The notes under the pieces were generated by a model, which had not been told where the DNA came from, did not search any database, and saw nothing but the letters and a program-made list of their open reading frames with translations. A program made the position numbers and the translations under genes. From Fidelibacterota bacterium UBA2242 (GTDB lineage Bacteria; Fidelibacterota; UBA2242), in the NCBI GenBank assembly GCA_002347855.1, contig DDYE01000017.1:188839-252838 (forward strand): 64,000 nt of DNA. The letters run 5' to 3'. This document shows, piece by piece, positions 60,533 to 64,000 of this stretch; position 1 is the first letter of the stretch, and each line of letters starts with the position of its first letter.

Positions 60533-62704
60533 ATGAAAATACGGCAGACGCGGTTGAGAAATTATCTAATAGTCCTTGGATTAGTAATATTTTGCGGTTT
60601 TTCCAGCGGAAATGCCGAGGGTCTTAAGCCTAAGACGGCTTTAGTACTAAGCGGTGGTGGTGCCCGCGGTTTTGCCCATATCGGTGTGCTTAAAGCATTG
60701 GAAGAGGTCGGTTTTTATCCCGATTTGATTGTCGGTACCAGCATAGGAGCAGTGGTGGGTGCCCTGTACGCTGGAGGCAATACACCTGACGAAATCGAGC
60801 GGTATGTCAGGAATACGAAATGGTCGAATGTTCTGGTTGCCAAACCCTATCGGGATATTGAGTTTGTTTCTCAAAAGATGCTGGATTTGCCGGAGTTATT
60901 TGCGTTACGCTTTGATGAAGATTTCAATATTATCTTCCCGAAAAATTTGATTACCACCCAGGCTCTGCAGGATCGCATCTTTCAGATGACTATCTATTCT
61001 GAATTCGGTGCGCGCAGTAACTATGATAGTCTGGCAATACCGCTCCGAATTGTTGCCACTGACTTAAAGACCGGTAAATCGGTCATTCTGAAGCAGGGAA
61101 ATCTTGCCCGAGCAGTAACAGCGAGTTCTGCCTTTCCTATCGTCCTCGCCCCCGTAGTTCTCGACTCAATGCTTTTAGTTGATGGTGGCTTGACCAATAA
61201 TGTGCCTTGCGATGTGGCGCGTGAATTAGGCGCTGAGTTCGTCATTGCCGTTGATGTGAGCAGTAAAATTATGTCCTTAACTACCAATTATGATGTGCTG
61301 GATGTTTTTGGGCAGGCAATGAATACTCTTGCTTATTTTTCTGATACGCGCAATCTAAATTTAGCCGATGTCTTAATACGACCAGCAATTGATCCACTCA
61401 CAGCTGCCGATTTTGATTCGGTCAGCGCTTTTGTAACGGCAGGCTATAATGCCACGCTGCCGTTTATACCAGTTATCCAGCAATATGCCTACGCCAACAT
61501 GCCGGATACTACCTTTTTAAGACGCGCGGTGAACGATTTGAATCACACGCGTATTCGCTATATCCGTTTTGCGAATAATCGCGTAACGCGTGACTATGTG
61601 CTGAGACGGGAGCTGCTTTTTAAGGAAGGAGATCTCTGGAATTTAGCTTTGGCAAAACGCAGCATGAAGAATCTGTTCAGTACCGGCTTGTTTAAAAATG
61701 TCTATATTTCACCGCAACGAGTTGGTGAGAACTTGATGGATCTAACAGTAGAAGTTGAAGAAGAAGAGCGCACCCTCTTTTCATTTGGAGCGCGTTATGA
61801 TAGTGAGCGCAAAGCGAGTGCGTTTATTTCCGGCAAATATCGTAACTTCTTGGGTGCCGGCATTGATAATCAGGTATATATAATCACCAGTGATTGGCTT
61901 AATAAGATTGAATGGGATGCCCGTACGACGCGGATTTTCACCACGACTTTGACGGGTTATACTTCTGCCTATTATCGCTATGAGATAGTTCCCCTTTACG
62001 ACAGCTTTAGCGGTAAGCGTCTCGAATATGGTGAACATAGTCGGGCTGGATTGGAGCTAAATGCTGGTGTGCAAATCAAACGGGTCGGCTTGACCGCCTT
62101 TGGAGCTCGTCTGGAGCGGGTTTCTATTCTGGAAGCCCCAGCCGCTAATATCCCAAGGCAAAAATATGATCTTGCCAGTATAAACATGCGGATTTTCGTA
62201 GATAATACCGATGATGTAGATATGCCCCGTTCGGGACGCATAAACAACCTGAAATTAGAGCATTTTTTTGTCAAAAAAAGCAAGACACAATTCGACCGTC
62301 TGACCATTGAATCCTCTAATTATGAATCTATTGACAACAAGACTACCATTTCCACTCATCTACGGTTTGGCTTTTTGAATAAAGTCTATTCTCATTATGA
62401 GCGTTTCCGACTCGGTGGTGTCAATTCTCTTCCCGGTTTCCATCAGGATGAACTCTGGGGGACACTGCTTATGAGTTTTGGCTTTGGATTTCGCTCAGCG
62501 ATTTCATCAGGTATTTATTTTCAGGCGCGGGGAATTTTCGGGAATGTCTGGCAAGGATGGGATAATTTTAATTGGAAAGAATCAAGAATTGGCGTTTCGG
62601 TTGGACTCTTAGTTCCAACGCCACTTGGTCCAGTGGCTTTAGATTATGGCTATGATCTCAAGGATCGCGACCAATTTTATTTGAGTATTGGCCACAACTT
62701 TTAA
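60533..62704 (+). CDS. patatin-like phospholipase with C-terminal POTRA and Omp85-type beta-barrel (PlpD-like, type Vd architecture)
   Basis: patatin motifs GGGARG and GTSIGA; POTRA-like segment; C-terminal barrel ending in aromatic residue. Confidence 0.75.
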   Translation: MKIRQTRLRNYLIVLGLVIFCGFSSGNAEGLKPKTALVLSGGGARGFAHIGVLKALEEVGFYPDLIVGTSIGAVVGALYAGGNTPDEIERYVRNTKWSNVLVAKPYRDIEFVSQKMLDLPELFALRFDEDFNIIFPKNLITTQALQDRIFQMTIYSEFGARSNYDSLAIPLRIVATDLKTGKSVILKQGNLARAVTASSAFPIVLAPVVLDSMLLVDGGLTNNVPCDVARELGAEFVIAVDVSSKIMSLTTNYDVLDVFGQAMNTLAYFSDTRNLNLADVLIRPAIDPLTAADFDSVSAFVTAGYNATLPFIPVIQQYAYANMPDTTFLRRAVNDLNHTRIRYIRFANNRVTRDYVLRRELLFKEGDLWNLALAKRSMKNLFSTGLFKNVYISPQRVGENLMDLTVEVEEEERTLFSFGARYDSERKASAFISGKYRNFLGAGIDNQVYIITSDWLNKIEWDARTTRIFTTTLTGYTSAYYRYEIVPLYDSFSGKRLEYGEHSRAGLELNAGVQIKRVGLTAFGARLERVSILEAPAANIPRQKYDLASINMRIFVDNTDDVDMPRSGRINNLKLEHFFVKKSKTQFDRLTIESSNYESIDNKTTISTHLRFGFLNKVYSHYERFRLGGVNSLPGFHQDELWGTLLMSFGFGFRSAISSGIYFQARGIFGNVWQGWDNFNWKESRIGVSVGLLVPTPLGPVALDYGYDLKDRDQFYLSIGHNF

Positions 62705-62716
62705 GGAACCCAGCGA

Positions 62717-63886
62717 TTATTTAAACAGGGATAAAAATACTCCGGCAGCTAGTGCTGAGCCAATTACCCCGGCGACATTTGGTCCCATGGCATGAAATAG
62801 GAGATGATTATCAGGGTCGAATTTATGAGCATAGACATGCACCACGCGGGCAGAATCCGGAACGGCTGAAACACCAGCGGCTCCGATGAGGGGATTTAAT
62901 TTATCCTTTAAAAATAGGTTCATGAGTTTGGCAAATAGCAGTCCTCCTGCTGTTGCTACGATGAAAGAAAAAAAGCCCAGGAAAAAGATGCTCAGCGCCC
63001 GCGGCGTCAAAAAGCCCACATTGACCCCATCGACGATACGCGTGGCTTGGGTGCTCGCACCAACCGTGAACGAAAGCAAAATCGTACAAGTGTCCAGAAT
63101 CGCTGTTCCAGCCGTACGTGCCAATCTATCCGTTACTCCACTCTCCTTTAATAAATTGCCCAACATTAACATCCCGACAAGTGGAACCGAACCAGGTACA
63201 ATCAATCCTGCTAAAATAGTGACTATAATGGGGAAAAGAATTTTCTCGCGGCGCGTAACCTTACGAGCTGGTTTCATCCTGATGCGCGCTTCTTCTGGTG
63301 TGATTAATAATTTCATTACTGGCGGCTGAATTAATGGCACCAGGGCAATATATGAATATCCTGCAATGGCAATCGGACCAATAAGGTGCGGTGCAAGCTG
63401 GGAACTCAGGAAAATAGAAGTCGGTCCATCAGCACCGCCGATGATACCGATTGAAGCTGCTTCAGCAGGGAGAAAGCCAAGCAGCAGTGCTCCCAAAAAA
63501 GTAACGAAAATACCCAATTGGGCTGCGGCCCCTAAAAGAAGCGATTTGGGATTAGAAATAAGCGCCGAAAAATCAGTCAGTGCCCCTATTCCAAGGAAGA
63601 TTAAGGGCGGAAATAAACCGCTGGTCACATTGTTGTAAATAATGCTGAAGACACTATTTTGAGAAGCTCCGTTAGCGACCGTATCAAAAACGCCTATTGG
63701 TAGATTGGGAATGGAAGGAATATTTCCAATAATAATGCCGAAGCCAATCGGCAACAGCAATAGTGGTTCATAATTTTTAGCGATGGCAACATAAATTGCC
63801 AGGGCGCCGACGCAAATCATCAACAAATTGCCTAATTGCAGATTAGAAAAACCGGTCATTGCGAAAATTTTGGTAAAAATGTCCAT
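62717..63886 (-). CDS. sodium ion-translocating decarboxylase subunit beta
   Basis: polytopic membrane protein with OadB/GcdB/MmdB-like conservation. Confidence 0.8.
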   Translation of the reverse strand: MDIFTKIFAMTGFSNLQLGNLLMICVGALAIYVAIAKNYEPLLLLPIGFGIIIGNIPSIPNLPIGVFDTVANGASQNSVFSIIYNNVTSGLFPPLIFLGIGALTDFSALISNPKSLLLGAAAQLGIFVTFLGALLLGFLPAEAASIGIIGGADGPTSIFLSSQLAPHLIGPIAIAGYSYIALVPLIQPPVMKLLITPEEARIRMKPARKVTRREKILFPIIVTILAGLIVPGSVPLVGMLMLGNLLKESGVTDRLARTAGTAILDTCTILLSFTVGASTQATRIVDGVNVGFLTPRALSIFFLGFFSFIVATAGGLLFAKLMNLFLKDKLNPLIGAAGVSAVPDSARVVHVYAHKFDPDNHLLFHAMGPNVAGVIGSALAAGVFLSLFK

Positions 63887-63901
63887 GTTAGTTCCCTTTA
63901 C

Positions 63902-64000
63902 CCTAAGGTAATCAGCACATCGCCTTCGTTAACCGAGTCCCCGATTTTAACTTTAATGTCCTGAACAACTCCATCGCGATTAGATTGAATTTCATTTTCC
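63902..64000 (-). CDS. biotinyl-domain protein (decarboxylase biotin carrier), 3' end only; gene continues beyond window
   Basis: reverse-strand translation ...ENEIQSNRDGVVQDIKVKIGDSVNEGDVLITLG followed by stop. Confidence 0.55.

Noticed and set aside
1-64000. CRISPR array, rRNA genes, integron attC/attI sites
   Set aside because: No regularly spaced direct repeats and no rRNA-like conserved stretches seen on either strand; the only short repeats are the 28-bp palindromes and the 68-bp duplicated gene terminus, neither with spacer-repeat periodicity

Overview
The window looks like chromosome from a low-to-moderate GC bacterium of the FCB group (several proteins end in T9SS-type C-terminal sorting domains, and a GWxTD protein is present), probably an anaerobe (Na+-translocating decarboxylase, AmmeMemoRadiSam genes). 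All calls are by eye from the six-frame translations; no searches were run. Positions 1 to about 10.4 kb are an AT-rich accessory island: a 5'-truncated SF2 helicase, a 1260-aa gamma-class N6-adenine DNA methyltransferase (Eco57I/PglX-like) and an RloC/PrrC-like AAA_13 ATPase, followed by a RAYT-type Y1 transposase gene, three copies of a 28-bp REP-like palindrome, an ORF frameshifted by one of those palindromes, and a GIY-YIG gene. The helicase/methylase/ATPase cassette with no recognisable restriction endonuclease is my top candidate for an undescribed or poorly described defence system. The second candidate is a compact five-gene minus-strand operon (53.8-59.3 kb) in which an AmmeMemoRadiSam module (Tat-signal radical SAM enzyme plus a signal-peptide Memo-AMMECR1 fusion) is joined to a NapH/NapG-like fused polyferredoxin, a lipoprotein and a Tat-signal DUF362 protein. 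The rest is mostly housekeeping (smc, pgk, tpiA, secG, recN, nnr, rsmE, two tRNAs), a second AT-rich block of secreted beta-helix/C25-peptidase genes with a gene-conversion tract and a homopolymer frameshift, and a GH13 starch-degradation cluster. No CRISPR array or rRNA gene was seen.
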